Shown: in pieces, positions 8,366-18,312 of the stretch
How the letters are laid out: the number at the start of each line of letters is the position of its first letter
Numbering within the stretch: position 1 is the stretch's first letter
Source: Acidobacteriota bacterium
GTDB taxonomy: Bacteria; Acidobacteriota; UBA890; WLXD01
Direction: 5' to 3'
DNA length: 64,000 nucleotides
NCBI GenBank assembly: GCA_965205505.1
Contig: CBDBHB010000007.1
Coordinates: forward strand, 384,001 to 448,000
The notes under the pieces: generated by a model
The model's database searches: none
The model's input: the letters and a program-made list of their open reading frames with translations, nothing else
What the model was told of the DNA's origin: nothing
Made by a program: the position numbers and the translations under genes

Positions 8366-10705
8366 ATGCTTTCCAACGACGTCTGCCACGTCGGCCGCCG
8401 CGCCGGCGTTGGAATTGTTCTTCTCGTCTGCGTCGCGTGCGGTCCGAGCGCGGCGCCGGGACCACCCGAGGACGCCACGACGCTGCGAACCGAGGCCCCA
8501 GCGACCTTCGCCGGACGGGCTCGTTGCGCCGGGTGTCACGCACGTGAGACCGAGCTGTGGACCGCGTCGCACCACGATCGTGCGATGCAACAGGCCACCG
8601 AGGCCACCGTGCTCGGCGATTTCGAAAACGCCACGTTCACACACGACGGTACGGTGACGCGCTTCTCGCGTGGCACGGGTACCTACTCCGTGCAGACCGT
8701 CGGGCCGAGCGGCGAGGTATCCGACTACCCGGTGGCTTTCACGTTCGGCGTCGAGCCGCTGCAGCAGTACCTCCTCGAGCTCCCTGGCGGACGTTACCAG
8801 GCGCTCGGAGTGGCCTGGGACACTCGGGCCGAGAACCAAGGTGGCCAGCGTTGGTTCGACCTCTACCCCGAGCAGGTGCTCGAGCCAGGCGATCCACTGC
8901 ACTGGACGGGAGTCAACCAGAACTGGAACCGGATGTGCGCCGAGTGCCACTCCACCAACCTCGAGAAGCGGTATCGACCCGCCGAGCGGCGCTATGAGAC
9001 CACCTTCTCAGAGATGGATGTGTCCTGCGAGGCGTGCCACGGGCCAGCGTCTCGGCATGTCGCTTGGGCCGAAGAGGGCTCCGATGTCGCGGGCCTGGAC
9101 GCCGCCGCGATGCTGCTGGTGGTGGACCTGAGCAACGGCAACCCGACGTGGAACATCGACGCGGCAACCGGGCTGGCCACTCGCACCCCGCCGCGCGACT
9201 CCCAGCCGGAGGTCGAGGCGTGCGGTCGATGCCACGCCCGACGCGGCGCTCTGACCGACGAGTACGAGTTCGGAGCGCCCCTCGCCGACACCCACCGAGT
9301 CGCGTTGCTGGAAGACGGCCTCTATCACGCCGACGGGCAGATCCTCGGCGAGGTGTTCGTCTACGGGTCGTTCGTGCAGAGCCGCATGTACGAGGCCGGC
9401 GTTACCTGCAGCGACTGTCACGAGCCCCACAGCTCGCGGGTCTACGCGCGGGGCAACGCCTTGTGCAACCAGTGTCATCTGGCGGCAACGTTCGACACGC
9501 TTGAGCACCACTTCCACGAGACCGGCACCGAGGCCGCCGCGTGTGTTTCCTGTCACATGCCGGCCCGCACCTACATGGTGGTCGACCCGCGACGAGACCA
9601 CAGCTTCCGCGTTCCACGACCGGACCAGAGCGTGGCGTTCGGTGTTCCCAGCGCGTGTGACTCGTGCCACGCCAGTGAAGGTGCGGAGTGGGCGTCTGCG
9701 GCGATCCGGCGATGGTACGGCAACGACCGGACGCGCGGCCCGGACTGGGTGGAGGCGATCTCCCGGGCGCGCTCTGGCCATCGGGAGTCGGAGCCACGCT
9801 TGCTCGAGGTGGCGGGCAACCCGGACAACCCGGCGATCGTGCGGGCAACCGCCTTCGACCTATTGGCCCGGTATCTGACACAGACGTCCTTTTTCGCCGT
9901 CCAAGGTGCGCTTCGCGACCCCGAGCCGCTCGTGCGCCGAGCCGCGATCGGGGCGCTGGCAGGCACTGACCCCCGTGCCGCCGCCGGCGTGTTGGCACCG
10001 ATGTTGAGAGACCCGAACTTGTCCACACGACTTGCAGCCGCCCATGCATTGGGGCCGCTCCCCGCGGATGCGATCCCGCCGGAGTACAGGTCGGCGCTGC
10101 AGCAGACGCTCGCCGAGTACGAGCGCACCCAGCTGTTCCACGCCGACGGCCCGGAGGGACAGAGCAACCTGGGCTGGCTGGCTCTGGTGCGCGGCGACAG
10201 CTCGGAATCGGAGCGCCATTATCGGCGGGCTCTCGAGATCGACCGGACGTTCGCTCCCGCCCATCTCAATCTCGCCGACTTGTACCGAGCTCAGAGACGT
10301 GACGGGGCGGCCGAGCGCGTCCTGCGTGACGCGATCGAACGACTTCCCGATGAGGCAACCCTGCATCACAGCCTCGGGTTGACCCTGGTCCGCCGGCAAC
10401 GCCTGGCGGAAGCTCTGGAGCCCCTGCGACGCGCCGCCGAGCTGGCGCCGGCGGTGGCGCGCTATGCCTACGTACTTGGCGTAGGCGTACACTCCGCCGG
10501 CGATATTGACGGCGCGCTTCGCGTGCTGGGCGAGGCGCACCTGCAGTTTCCGGTCGATCGCGACATCCTGGTCGCTCTGGCGACCTTCGCGCGTGACGCA
10601 GGCAACACGGACCGGGCGATCGACTACGCGCTTCGACTGCGCGCTCTGGCGCCCCGGGATCCTCAAGTGCTCGAGCTTGTACGTAGCCTCGAGGAGCCGC
10701 GGTAA
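8366..10705 (+). CDS. Multiheme (8 CxxCH) cytochrome c with HEAT and TPR repeats
   Basis: CAGCH, CAECH, CEACH, CGRCH, CSDCH, CNQCH, CVSCH, CDSCH; DPEPLVRRAA HEAT-like repeats; C-terminal TPRs. Confidence 0.9.
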   Translation: MLSNDVCHVGRRAGVGIVLLVCVACGPSAAPGPPEDATTLRTEAPATFAGRARCAGCHARETELWTASHHDRAMQQATEATVLGDFENATFTHDGTVTRFSRGTGTYSVQTVGPSGEVSDYPVAFTFGVEPLQQYLLELPGGRYQALGVAWDTRAENQGGQRWFDLYPEQVLEPGDPLHWTGVNQNWNRMCAECHSTNLEKRYRPAERRYETTFSEMDVSCEACHGPASRHVAWAEEGSDVAGLDAAAMLLVVDLSNGNPTWNIDAATGLATRTPPRDSQPEVEACGRCHARRGALTDEYEFGAPLADTHRVALLEDGLYHADGQILGEVFVYGSFVQSRMYEAGVTCSDCHEPHSSRVYARGNALCNQCHLAATFDTLEHHFHETGTEAAACVSCHMPARTYMVVDPRRDHSFRVPRPDQSVAFGVPSACDSCHASEGAEWASAAIRRWYGNDRTRGPDWVEAISRARSGHRESEPRLLEVAGNPDNPAIVRATAFDLLARYLTQTSFFAVQGALRDPEPLVRRAAIGALAGTDPRAAAGVLAPMLRDPNLSTRLAAAHALGPLPADAIPPEYRSALQQTLAEYERTQLFHADGPEGQSNLGWLALVRGDSSESERHYRRALEIDRTFAPAHLNLADLYRAQRRDGAAERVLRDAIERLPDEATLHHSLGLTLVRRQRLAEALEPLRRAAELAPAVARYAYVLGVGVHSAGDIDGALRVLGEAHLQFPVDRDILVALATFARDAGNTDRAIDYALRLRALAPRDPQVLELVRSLEEPR

Positions 10706-10789
10706 CGAGATTGGCCGGCGCCGCTTCGTGCTGGTCGACCGACCATCATCTCGCTCTGACTCGTGTGCCGCTCGGCATCCCCGAGTAGC

Positions 10790-11030
10790 AGGCTGCCAGC
10801 GGGTCTTCACCGGGTACTGCCGTACCTGCGTATCCGGGGTGAGGATCACGAGGTTCTGCACGAGCGCTTGGCACACCAGCATTCGCGACCAGCGTGGGCT
10901 GCTCGCCTGGTGGGGAACCGAGATCGAATGCGCTTCCGCCGTAGCGCGTCTGGAACGGGACCGGCATCTGCTTCCCGAGGACGCGTCAACGGCGTTTGCG
11001 CGACTCGATCGCCTGCGGCTCGGCTGGACG
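10790..11030. pseudogene. Two opposed PIN/VapC fragments joined back to back
   Basis: Minus strand: MLVCQALVQNLVILTPD..RQY (VapC C-terminus). Plus strand: AWWGTEIECASAVARLERD (internal piece of a different VapC). Confidence 0.55.
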
Positions 11031-11143
11031 GCTCGGGCGCGCGGCGGAGCGGGAAGGCTTTCCCGTCATGGGTCGAGATGACCTGGCGGGCTGAAACGCC
11101 CCTTGAACTGGACGCACGGACAAATCGCTGGCTACCTCGGCTT

Positions 11144-11347
11144 CTAGCTTCGGTACGGGTCGTTGCGGCTGGATTTGGCTTCCTGCAGCGTGCGGAAGCG
11201 CTTGACTCCCGCCTTCCAGGGCCTACGCCCGGGCAGGCTTCGGTAGAAAGCCAGCATCTGCGCCACGACTCGCAAGTTCTCAGGATCGTCGGCTCTTCTC
11301 CACGGCCTCGGCATGTCCTCGATCGAGCGATAACGAGTGACCGACAT
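11144..11347 (-). CDS. Small hypothetical protein, partner of the nucleotidyltransferase
   Basis: 67 aa MSVTRYRSIEDM...GVKRFRTLQEA; translationally coupled to the upstream NTase fragment. Confidence 0.55.
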   Translation of the reverse strand: MSVTRYRSIEDMPRPWRRADDPENLRVVAQMLAFYRSLPGRRPWKAGVKRFRTLQEAKSSRNDPYRS

Positions 11348-11349
11348 CC

Positions 11350-11607
11350 TTATTCCTCCCGGAACCCGAATCTTTCGGCAAGTACTTCCGCGTCGAAGCG
11401 ATCGATAGGACGCATTGTGTCTTTCTTCATTTGCCAGAGGGTACGAGGAGTAACGACCCGCACGGGCACCCCGTCACAGTCCCGTTCCTCGATGACAAGG
11501 TCCTCGTAGCGAAAAGCATCCCCCAAGCGCGTAAGAATGTCGAGGCCGAATCCGTCGCTGTTCATCCAAAGTGTGTCGCGCTCGTTCCGGTTACCGACGT
11601 AGGACAC
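11350..11607 (-). pseudogene. Nucleotidyltransferase-family C-terminal fragment
   Basis: LDILTRLG...GVPVRV.TP..L..MKK.T.R..D..D; the N-terminal catalytic part is missing. Confidence 0.55.
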
Positions 11608-11828
11608 GCAGTATACGACCTGCCGGGCAGCCGATGACCGCGAACCACACAGTGAGGTTCGCGTGCTACGAGCAACCGGCTAGAAGCCACTCAAACCGCG
11701 GCGGGTCGCTACGCGTCTAAGCAATGTACGCGGCGACCGCAGAGCACGCCGGTCGGCGGCCCCCTCTCTTGCTTCCTCGCTAAAGCCGTGCTGACCGCGC
11801 GCGTTACCCTGGGTCCCTCTGGAGAAGC

Positions 11829-14492
11829 ATGCAAAGCGGCGAATCCCTCGGTCCCTATCGCATCATCGAGCCGCTCGGAGCGGGCGCCATGGGCGAAGTA
11901 TGGCTTGCCGAGGACACCCGCCTGCACCGCCGGGTGGCGGTCAAGGTGCTGCCCGACGAGTTCGCCCGCGACCCGGATCGACTCGAGCGGTTCGAGCTGG
12001 AGGCGCGCGCCGCGGCGGCCCTGAACCATCCGCACATCGCCGCCGTGTACGACGTCGGACGTGAGCACGGGACGCACTTCATGGTTCAGGAGTTCCTCGA
12101 CGGCCGGTCGCTCGGCGACAGCCTGGCGGAGGGGTCGCTGCCGATGGCGCGCGTCTTGGCGATCGTGGAGGAGGTGGCCAGAGGGCTGGCGGTGGCGCAT
12201 GCGGCCGGGATCGTGCACCGGGACATCAAGCCCGACAATCTGTTCCTGACCCGCGATGGACACGCGAAGATCCTCGACTTCGGCCTCGCCAAGGCGTCGC
12301 CGCCGAGCCGCAGCGGCTCCGGCTCGAGCGCGTCGAATTTCTCGCGGACCCCCACCTCGCCCACCCCGACCGGCGAGCGCATGGTCGGCAGCGTGGGCTA
12401 TATGTCGCCGGAGCAGGTCGAGGGCGGGCAGGTCGACGCGCGGACCGACCTCTTCTCCTTGGGCTGCGTGCTCTACGAGATGCTGGCGGGGGCACACCCG
12501 TTCAAGGGGCGTAGCGTGCACCAGACCATCGACCAGGTGCTCCACGACGATCCCTCACCGCTGGCCGATCGAGTGCCTGAGGCACCCATCCGGCTGCAGT
12601 GGATCGTAGACAAGTGTCTCGCCAAAGAGCCGGAGGAGCGTTACCAGGGCGCCGAGGAACTGGCGGTCGACCTGCGCGCCGCGGCGCGCGACGTCAAGGC
12701 CGGCGTGCGCGGGCGGGGCGCCGTGAGCGGCGACGGCTGGAGCCTGTCACCCGTCTGGGGCGCGCTGGCGCTGCTCGCCACTGCCGCCCTTGCCGGATGG
12801 GCGGGCATGCTCGTGAGCGGCGACGTGCCGACGGCGGAGCCGCTGTCACGGTACTTCGTGAACGTCCCACCCGGACTCCAGCTGGCGCTGTCCGACATGC
12901 GCCCGGTGGCGCTATCGGCCGACGGCTCCAAGCTCGCCTACGTGGCGCTGCACGGCGGGACCACGCAGATCTACGTGCGCGACCGCGGCCGCTTCGAGGC
13001 GACGCCCGTTGTCGGCACCGAGACGGGTAGCAATCCATTTTTTTCGCCCGACGGCCGCTGGCTCGGGTTCTTCTCCGGCGGCAAGCTCCGCAAGGTGGCC
13101 CTGGCGGGCGGCGCCCCGATCACGCTGGCCGATACCAGCTTTCAGCCGCGCGGCGCCAGCTGGGGCAGCGACGGCAGCATCGTCTTTGCCAGCAGCGGCG
13201 GCACCGCGCTGGAACGGGTCGCCGCCGACGGCGGGCCGGTCGAGCCGATCACTACACTCGACGCGGCAGCCGGAGAGACCGGACATCGGTGGCCTCAGAT
13301 GCTCCCGGGCGCGGAGGCCGTGCTCTTCGCGGTCGTTGGCGCTGACGACGCGCCGTCCGACTCGGCGACCATCGCGGTGATGCGGCTGAGCGACGGCACG
13401 GTGACACCGCTGCTCGAGGGGACCGCGCCGAGCTATCTGCCCACCGGTCACATTCTCTTCGCGCGCGCCGGCTCCCTGCTCGCGGCGCCGTTCGATCCGC
13501 AGACGCTGCAGCTCACCGGTCCGGCGGTGCTCGTCGTCGAGGGAGTGGCGATGCGCCCCATCTCAGGTGTCGCCTACTACACCGTCTCGGGGTCGGGAAC
13601 GCTCGCCTACGTGTCCGGGCTGGGCGTCGCCTCGCGCGCGCTCGTCTGGGTCGACCGGGACGGAGGCGAGACCGTGATGTCGACCGAACGGCGCGCGTTC
13701 GAAACGCCACGACTGTCGCCAGATGGACGCCGCGTCGCCGTCACCATCCAGCCCGAGGGAGGGAATCCCGATGTCTGGGTGTTCGACATCGACCGCGGCA
13801 CAACGACGCGCCTCACGTATGACGGCATGAACGGGTTCCCGGTCTGGGCCCCCGACGGTCGGCGCATCGCCTTCACCTCGAACCGGGCCGGTGGTTTCGA
13901 TCTCTACTGGAAGCTCGCCGACGGCAGCGTCGAGGCGGAGCTACTGCATCGCAGCGGCAACCCGCTGTTCCCCGACTCGTTCTCGAGTGATGGCGCGGCG
14001 CTCGCCTACACGGAGGACAACCCGGAGACCGCGTCCGATCTGTGGGCGCTGCAGATCGGTGTCACAGCCATGCCAATCGTGCAGTTGCCGTTCACCGAGA
14101 GCGGCGGCGCCTTCTCGCCCGCCGGCAGCTGGCTGGCCTATGTCTCCGATGAGTCCGGTCGTGACGAGATCTTCGTTCGCGGCTATCCCGACGGCGGTTG
14201 CTGGCAGGTGTCGACCGACGGCGGCACGGAGCCCGTCTGGTCGGGCAACGGCCGCGAGCTCTTCTACCGTAGCGGCGACCGGATGATGGCTGTCGACGTG
14301 TCGGGTCGTAGCGAGCTGCTGATAGGAACGCCAACCGCGCTGTTCTCCGGACCCTACTCGGTCGGCGCGGGCTCCGCGAACTACGCCGTGCACGGGGATG
14401 GCCGCCGTTTCCTGATGATCCGGAGCGAGGCAGCGAGCGCACCGACGCTCGTGAACGTCGTCACAAACTGGTCCCTCAAGCTAGCGTCCTGA
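11829..14492 (+). CDS. Hanks-type Ser/Thr protein kinase with TM segment and TolB-like PD40 beta-propeller
   Basis: GAGAMGEV, VAVK, HRDIKPDN, DFG, YMSPE; repeated FSPDG/WAPDG. Confidence 0.95.
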   Translation: MQSGESLGPYRIIEPLGAGAMGEVWLAEDTRLHRRVAVKVLPDEFARDPDRLERFELEARAAAALNHPHIAAVYDVGREHGTHFMVQEFLDGRSLGDSLAEGSLPMARVLAIVEEVARGLAVAHAAGIVHRDIKPDNLFLTRDGHAKILDFGLAKASPPSRSGSGSSASNFSRTPTSPTPTGERMVGSVGYMSPEQVEGGQVDARTDLFSLGCVLYEMLAGAHPFKGRSVHQTIDQVLHDDPSPLADRVPEAPIRLQWIVDKCLAKEPEERYQGAEELAVDLRAAARDVKAGVRGRGAVSGDGWSLSPVWGALALLATAALAGWAGMLVSGDVPTAEPLSRYFVNVPPGLQLALSDMRPVALSADGSKLAYVALHGGTTQIYVRDRGRFEATPVVGTETGSNPFFSPDGRWLGFFSGGKLRKVALAGGAPITLADTSFQPRGASWGSDGSIVFASSGGTALERVAADGGPVEPITTLDAAAGETGHRWPQMLPGAEAVLFAVVGADDAPSDSATIAVMRLSDGTVTPLLEGTAPSYLPTGHILFARAGSLLAAPFDPQTLQLTGPAVLVVEGVAMRPISGVAYYTVSGSGTLAYVSGLGVASRALVWVDRDGGETVMSTERRAFETPRLSPDGRRVAVTIQPEGGNPDVWVFDIDRGTTTRLTYDGMNGFPVWAPDGRRIAFTSNRAGGFDLYWKLADGSVEAELLHRSGNPLFPDSFSSDGAALAYTEDNPETASDLWALQIGVTAMPIVQLPFTESGGAFSPAGSWLAYVSDESGRDEIFVRGYPDGGCWQVSTDGGTEPVWSGNGRELFYRSGDRMMAVDVSGRSELLIGTPTALFSGPYSVGAGSANYAVHGDGRRFLMIRSEAASAPTLVNVVTNWSLKLAS

Positions 14493-14520
14493 GTCAGGAC
14501 CTCGGCACGCCGAGAGATCG

Positions 14521-15864
14521 TCAGATCCCCGCCCGCTCGATCAGGGCCTGGGCCTCGCGGCCGGCGTCGCGGCGGATCTCCTCCTCATCCCACAATGCCA
14601 AGCGACCCTCCGCGACCACTTGCTCACCGGCAAGCCACACGGCGCGGATATCGGCGCTTCGACAACAGTACACCAGCGTTGACAGCGCATCGGGGGCCGG
14701 CGTCGCATGAGTGCCCTCAAGGCTTATGAGCACGACGTTGGCCGTGGATCCCGGTACCAGGGAGCCCATCTCGGCTCCCCAACCGAGCGCCTCCGCACCG
14801 CGATGCGTGGCCATGTCAAGAAGCGTCGAAGCAGACATGGCGAGGGGGCCGTGAACGGACTTCTGCAGCATCGTTGCCAGGCGCATCTCGCGGAACATGT
14901 CGAGCGTGTTGTTGCATGCGGCACCGTCGGCACCGAGGCTCACCGATATCCCACGCTCTATCAGCAGCGGTACCGGAGCGATCCCGGAGCCCAGCATGCA
15001 GTTGCTGCCGGGACAGTGCAGCACGTGTGTACCGGTACGTGCCAGCGTCTCGACCTCGTCTTCGTCCACCCATATGCAGTGGGCTAATCCGACGTGCGCA
15101 CCCGCCAGCCCGTTGTCGGCGAGATAGTGGATGTTGCGCCGCCCTGTCCGTTGCTCGACAAGCGCCACCTCGTCGCGGTTCTCCGACGCGTGTGTATGCA
15201 CGCGCCAGCCGCCGGTCGCAGCCAGTAGACCCACTTCTCTCATACACGCGTCCGTGCAGCTCACGGCGAAGCGCGGGGCGAGGCATATTCGGATGCGTCC
15301 GTGAGCCGTTCCGTCCCACAATTCAACCAAATCGACGGCTTCGCGTAGCGCGGTCTCGGTGGGCTGCAGCAGCTCCGGCGGACAGGTTCCGGGGTCGTCC
15401 ATAAGGCACTTGCCGGTAACCGCAAACATCCCCGATTCGGCCAGTACTTCGATGACGGCACCCGTGTGGTGTACCGATTCCATCGTCTGTATCGCCGTGG
15501 TGCCGCTCAGCAGCAACTCGGCGACCCCCAGGCGAGCGCTGGCGCGCATCGATTGCGGGGTATGCGCCGCCTCGAGCGGCCAGATGCGCTCGCGCAACCA
15601 GGTCATCAAGGGCAGCTCATCAGCGATGCCGCGAAAGAGCGTCTGGCAGAGATGCACGTGCGTCTGCACGAATCCCGGCAGCACGGCGCACCCACTGGCG
15701 TAAATGACGCGGGCTCCCTCGGGCGGATCATCGACTACGCCCAGGCGGGTAATCCGGCCGGCCTCCATCAGCAGATCCCCGGACTCGGCACGAACGCCGA
15801 GATCGCCGTCGGGGAGGATCAAGGTGCCGCCGCGAATCAGCGTGGCGTAGGGTCCGCTGCTCAC
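14521..15864 (-). CDS. Amidohydrolase (5'-deoxyadenosine/MTA-SAH deaminase-like)
   Basis: PGFVQTHVH, HTHASE, AHCIW, HCPGSN, LGADG. Confidence 0.88.
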   Translation of the reverse strand: MSSGPYATLIRGGTLILPDGDLGVRAESGDLLMEAGRITRLGVVDDPPEGARVIYASGCAVLPGFVQTHVHLCQTLFRGIADELPLMTWLRERIWPLEAAHTPQSMRASARLGVAELLLSGTTAIQTMESVHHTGAVIEVLAESGMFAVTGKCLMDDPGTCPPELLQPTETALREAVDLVELWDGTAHGRIRICLAPRFAVSCTDACMREVGLLAATGGWRVHTHASENRDEVALVEQRTGRRNIHYLADNGLAGAHVGLAHCIWVDEDEVETLARTGTHVLHCPGSNCMLGSGIAPVPLLIERGISVSLGADGAACNNTLDMFREMRLATMLQKSVHGPLAMSASTLLDMATHRGAEALGWGAEMGSLVPGSTANVVLISLEGTHATPAPDALSTLVYCCRSADIRAVWLAGEQVVAEGRLALWDEEEIRRDAGREAQALIERAGI

Positions 15865-15902
15865 CGCCTGGCTCCTGTGTGACTGGCCACTCGAATGACG
15901 GG

Positions 15903-16718
15903 CTACCGAGCGATAGCTGCCTCGAGCCTGGCAACCACGTGGCTGATCTCGAACATCGATTCGGGGTCATCCGCCGACGCGTCGAGTTGCATGACATACT
16001 CCGCAAGGGGGGAGTCGTCGGCCACGGCGAACAGGACGGCGCGGAACGAAGAGGTTGCGGCGCCAACGCCAGGTGCATCGTCAACCTGATTCGCAGGGTG
16101 ACGCTCGATCTCGACACGGTATCGTGCCCGGCTTGCCTCCTGTGCCGAGGCCAGCTCGAGCGAACGGAAGATCGCCGATCGCAGCTGGCGCGCTACCGAC
16201 GTCAACTCGCTGTCGTCCTGATACCCGTCGTCGTCGGCTCCGAGCTCGACCACCACCACACCCGGTGCCGCGAGCCGGCGTGTCAGGTCCGCGGGTTCGT
16301 CCGAGTAGTGCCGCAGCTCTTTAAACAGCTGCTCGACCTGACGTCGATCATAGCCGGCCTGGACGGCGGCGATCCCGTGCGTCCAGGCAGCCGCGAAGTC
16401 GGCCAGCTGCCACCCCACGGTGGCGATGAGATAGTGCAGCTCCGCATTGCCGGGGTTGAGCTCCGCGGCACGGAGGAACGAGGCTTTGGCCCCGAGATCG
16501 TCGCCGAGCTGTACCTGTGTGCGGCCCAACTGATAGTAGGCAGGCCAGTACCGATCGTCGCGGGCGAGGATCGCTTCAATATCGATCAGGGCATTGATCG
16601 CGTCGCCCTGTTCGAGCTTGGATACCGCCATTCGCAGCCGCGTGTCGAGCTCGGATTGCGCCTGAGCAGGCGCCACCGCCACGACCACGAGCAAGCCGAT
16701 CAAGAGTCTCGATCGCAT
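15903..16718 (-). CDS. Secreted TPR protein
   Basis: Signal peptide MRSRLL...AQA; TPR-like AYYQLG...AAELNP. Confidence 0.7.
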   Translation of the reverse strand: MRSRLLIGLLVVVAVAPAQAQSELDTRLRMAVSKLEQGDAINALIDIEAILARDDRYWPAYYQLGRTQVQLGDDLGAKASFLRAAELNPGNAELHYLIATVGWQLADFAAAWTHGIAAVQAGYDRRQVEQLFKELRHYSDEPADLTRRLAAPGVVVVELGADDDGYQDDSELTSVARQLRSAIFRSLELASAQEASRARYRVEIERHPANQVDDAPGVGAATSSFRAVLFAVADDSPLAEYVMQLDASADDPESMFEISHVVARLEAAIAR

Positions 16719-16856
16719 CGAACCCACCCCCGCTGAGCCTAAGCTTAGCAGGGCCGGGCAGACTACCGGCGGTTGGGGCGCAGCACATGCTGGCGCGTTT
16801 TGCCGCCCCAAAACCGCGATGCTATGCTTGCCGACTCGGTCCGAGCTTTTTCAAGT

Positions 16857-16930
16857 GCGCCCCTAGCTCAATTGGACAGAGCGTCTGGCTACGGACCAGG
16901 AGGTTGGAGGTTCGAGTCCTCCGGGGCGCG
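16857..16930 (+). tRNA. tRNA-Arg(ACG)
   Basis: Cloverleaf with GCGCCCC/GGGGCGC acceptor stem, anticodon loop CTACGGA, T-arm GGAGG-TTCGAGT-CCTCC; CCA not encoded. Confidence 0.97.
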
Positions 16931-16977
16931 CTTCGTTTTTCTGGCAGACCGGCGGGAAGTGTGATGGTCTGCTCCGT

Positions 16978-17460
16978 ATGACGCGTCTCCTCGAGATCGA
17001 CGCGTGGATGCGCCTGGCGATCGCCCAGGCGAACCAGGCGTCAGAAGAAAGCGAGGTGCCGGTCGGCGCGGTCCTGCTACGAGGCGACGAGCCGGTCGCG
17101 GTCGGTCACAACCGCACCGAGCAGCTCGACGACCCCTCGGCGCACGCCGAGATCCTGGCGTTGCGGGAGGCCGGTCGCATCGCCGGTGATTGGCGCCTCG
17201 ACGGCTCGACCCTGGTGGTAACGCTGGAACCCTGTCCTATGTGTCTGGGGGCGATCATCATGGCGCGCGTAGAACGCCTTATCTACGGTGCACGGGACCC
17301 GCGTTACGGGGCCTGCGGCTCGGCGATCGAGCTTCCCGACCCGGCTCTGGCGCCGCATCTACGCGAGGTGCGGCACGCGACGCATCCCGATGAGTGTGGC
17401 GAGATCCTGCGCACGTTCTTCCGGAAGCTACGCGACGGCTCAGGCGGCGACACGGCCTAG
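16978..17460 (+). CDS. tadA: tRNA-specific adenosine-34 deaminase
   Basis: EVPVGA, AHAE, TLEPCPMC.GA, YGARDP. Confidence 0.9.
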   Translation: MTRLLEIDAWMRLAIAQANQASEESEVPVGAVLLRGDEPVAVGHNRTEQLDDPSAHAEILALREAGRIAGDWRLDGSTLVVTLEPCPMCLGAIIMARVERLIYGARDPRYGACGSAIELPDPALAPHLREVRHATHPDECGEILRTFFRKLRDGSGGDTA

Positions 17461-17464
17461 CAGG

Positions 17465-18073
17465 CTACTGTCCCGAGCCTCCCGCTTCCTCGCCCGGGCC
17501 GGTGATCAGGAACAGGTCGTCGGTAGTGCCGCCGCGGCCATCCGGCCCATCCGACGTCAGGGTGTACTCGTCTTCCTGCATCCGGTAACGCAGGCCGTTA
17601 CCCCACCCGTCGATGAAGCCTGTATCCGGGGGCGAGTAATAATCGGGAACGAGCTCACGCAGGCCCACCAGGTCCTCGAGCCGCGGATACGCTCCGGTCT
17701 CGGCACGGAAAACCGCCAGCGCATCGGAGACCTCCTGCATGAGCGCCAGCGAGTTGCCGATGGAGTGCAGCTGATCGGTGGTGTAGGTATTGCCGCCCAT
17801 CTCGGCCCCGTCGACCATCCACGCCGACTCGCCGGCCACCAGCAGCAGCGTTACATCGGAGCCGGCGTAGTCCGCCCTGGCGCGCACGCTGCTGTCGGCT
17901 CGCTCGATGTCGCGCACCTCGACCTGGCCGGCGGCACGCGGAAAGGTGGTGTCTAGCAATGCCTCGATCTCATCAGCCGTCGGCGTGTCCAACTCTGCCG
18001 GCGCGCATCCTAACGTGACAATCGTCAGCAGCACGGGGAGGAATCGACGGGCGCGACGCGGACGATCGAGCAT
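17465..18073 (-). CDS. Lipoprotein with GspG-like (T2SS pseudopilin) C-terminal domain
   Basis: Lipobox TLGC; DGWGN..RY...YTLTSDGPDG.GGT.DD; no prepilin GFTLIE motif. Confidence 0.6.
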   Translation of the reverse strand: MLDRPRRARRFLPVLLTIVTLGCAPAELDTPTADEIEALLDTTFPRAAGQVEVRDIERADSSVRARADYAGSDVTLLLVAGESAWMVDGAEMGGNTYTTDQLHSIGNSLALMQEVSDALAVFRAETGAYPRLEDLVGLRELVPDYYSPPDTGFIDGWGNGLRYRMQEDEYTLTSDGPDGRGGTTDDLFLITGPGEEAGGSGQ

Positions 18074-18312
18074 GCGGTCTCTTTAGCCAAGGTCTGGAGT
18101 CGTTACCGGGCGTCGTCGCCGCGGCTCGGCGGTATTGTACGCCGGTGATGCGGCCGACCCTACCCTCCGGGCGACAGGGGGTTGCGCGCGCATGCTGCGT
18201 CGTTCCTCGTCAACGATGCGGTAACCATCGCCTCCTCCTCTCTCCTTGCCTCCACTTCGCAAGACCCTGTCGCCAGACCCACCACACTTTCACCACGGCC
18301 TGCTAGTCCGAC

